Source: Octopus bimaculoides
Lineage: Eukaryota
Direction of reading: 5' to 3'
Assembly (NCBI RefSeq): GCF_001194135.2
Contig: NC_068997.1
Coordinates: 8,543,720-8,607,719 of the forward strand
DNA: 64,000 bases
The notes below the pieces were generated by a model. It searched no databases, was not told the DNA's origin, and saw only the letters and a list, made by a program, of their open reading frames with translations. Of this stretch, positions 62,182-64,000 are shown piece after piece. The translations under genes were made by a program, and so were the position numbers. How positions within the stretch are numbered: the stretch's first letter is position 1; each line of letters begins with the position of its first letter.

Positions 62182-64000
62182 CTGTTCATCAACCCCATAC
62201 ATTATCAGTCAATTCACTTTTAAACCGGATCGTCAAGGACAATTCTACTTTGTTTATTCATCTTCTCCAACTTCATTTTGACTTTTTCTTCTCAACGTAC
62301 GAAGGTAAAAGAAACAATAAAACAAATATAACAAAATATAGTAAATAAAAATAAATTGAGACATATATTTAAAACTATTCTAGAAGTATTCTTCTTCGTT
62401 AGCTATCATTAAACTTAGTAACTTAATTCATCTAAAATAACACTAAAATACTTCAAATATAAACAGATGTATATCATTTTATGTGGCATTCATTATTGAC
62501 TATTTTCCATCTTAGATATACAATTGTCCCTTAGGGATCACATCCTTTCATTTGTATTATTATTATGATATAACCCTTATCCAAAAATTTGCTGTAGCAC
62601 TCAACTTTGGTTTGTTTCGAATCCAGAAACTTCAAGTAAAGGATGAAAGAAATTTATAAAATAAAATAAGGATGATGAGAGAAGCAATGCAATAAAGGTT
62701 GTTGTTGTTGTTGTTGATCTTTGGTTAATTTAATTTTCTGATTTGCTCACGAGTTGTGATTTCTCGATTATAAAAGGTGTTGTGTGAGAAGGAAATATTG
62801 ATCTGTTGGGTGTGGATGTCGAGTGAGGAGAGATAAACGAATTTAATCTAAGAAACAAAACATCACAACCACACATAGTATTGGCTCCTCTTGTCAATTT
62901 CAGGCAGAGAAGTAAGTTTCCTTTTTGTCTCTTTCACTTTATATTCAAGTTTGTCTCTTTCTCTTCGTATATGTGTGTGTGTATAAATCTTATTTTACTA
63001 TTAAATATCAAACCGAGGAAATGTTTAGGGTTTCCTCTTGTGTTCTTTGAACTTTCTGTCTTTAACATTCCTGAGTTTCATGTCGAAGACAACTGTTTAT
63101 CTTTTGTCTGTAAGCTTTCCTCTCTTACATTTCGAAGGATATTTCAATTCCCCGTTTACGTTTCTTTTTCCGTTTTTACTCATAAAGTTTGAGCGTGTAT
63201 GTACACACACACATATATATATACACATATACACAACCATGCTCTCGTCTTTCTCTTGTTGACACCTGTCTCACAACACAACAGACACACGTGGAACATA
63301 AACGTTTACTACTACTACCAGATGCTTTTTAAAGTTATCGGGTTCCCCCCAGCTAATTTATATAATTTACTTCATATCTTAAACCTTTATCCCTAACGAA
63401 AGCCACAATACAAGGGCCTTCAAATAACCCTGTCATTTGAAGTATTTTAAAACAGCAATGAGTCTCCAATTTATTGCTTTGTGTTCGTACATGTGCGCCG
63501 TCACTTTACTTGGGATTTTTTCGGAATCAACTGATGAGAAATTCTCTTAAACCAGCCGTTTATTCGTTGTAATTGGTAATTAAATTAATTTGGGGCTATT
63601 TTGGTATTCTTACTTATGTGAAATAATATTTAAACACTTCTAACTTGGAAGCGAGTTGCTTTTATTGTTGATTCACTTAGTCATCTGTAATCCATTAGCA
63701 GTTTTTAATATACCTGACTGATATTTCCTTGCTTCTTTGCCTCCTAGCACTGCACAGAAATTTGATAGGATTTGTTTTGTACTTCTACAAATGAAAAGCC
63801 AAAAATTCACATTTATACAAATTAAATTGGTCAGTTTGTTCGGTAAATAACCACTGGTTTGGTCAAGGAAATACACTCAGTTTGTAAACATCCTCTTTGA
63901 GAATATCTTGTTAAATCGTTATTTTCACCAGGAAATCAAATCAAATAATAGAATAAAAAATATGACATTTATAAAATAAAATGTCCTTCACCTTGTTATC

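Overview
This is repeat-dominated, AT-rich metazoan DNA with about 15 N-gaps (roughly 4.4 kb), most of them at microsatellites. The repeat families (tRNA-derived SINEs, (GAT)n-tailed RTE ends) resemble those I recall from Octopus; that assignment is inference and was not searched. I found no intact host protein-coding gene. The recognisable coding sequence is all decayed transposon: a Tc1 element with TIRs, two mariner remnants, RTE endonuclease and RT pieces, an R4/Dong-like RT, a Tx1/L1 C-terminus and a Gypsy integrase tail. Non-autonomous DNA elements include a hAT MITE with a perfect 8-bp TSD, a TTAA piggyBac-type MITE, a ~794-bp foldback with telomere-like repeats, and a HINE/DINE-like element split around ~650 bp of foreign sequence. 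The most notable unexplained signal is a set of minimal type-I hammerhead-ribozyme-like motifs of the Penelope kind: two copies of one family sharing a CUGU(U/G)GA core variant (144-180, 39637-39672), a back-to-back inverted pair (39915-39990) and a remnant (57943-57973). The last ~5 kb is repeat-poor and retains CpGs, and may be the 5' end of a gene. Repeat boundaries are by eye, typically +/-10-30 bp. SINE family labels A, C and D are my own working names.
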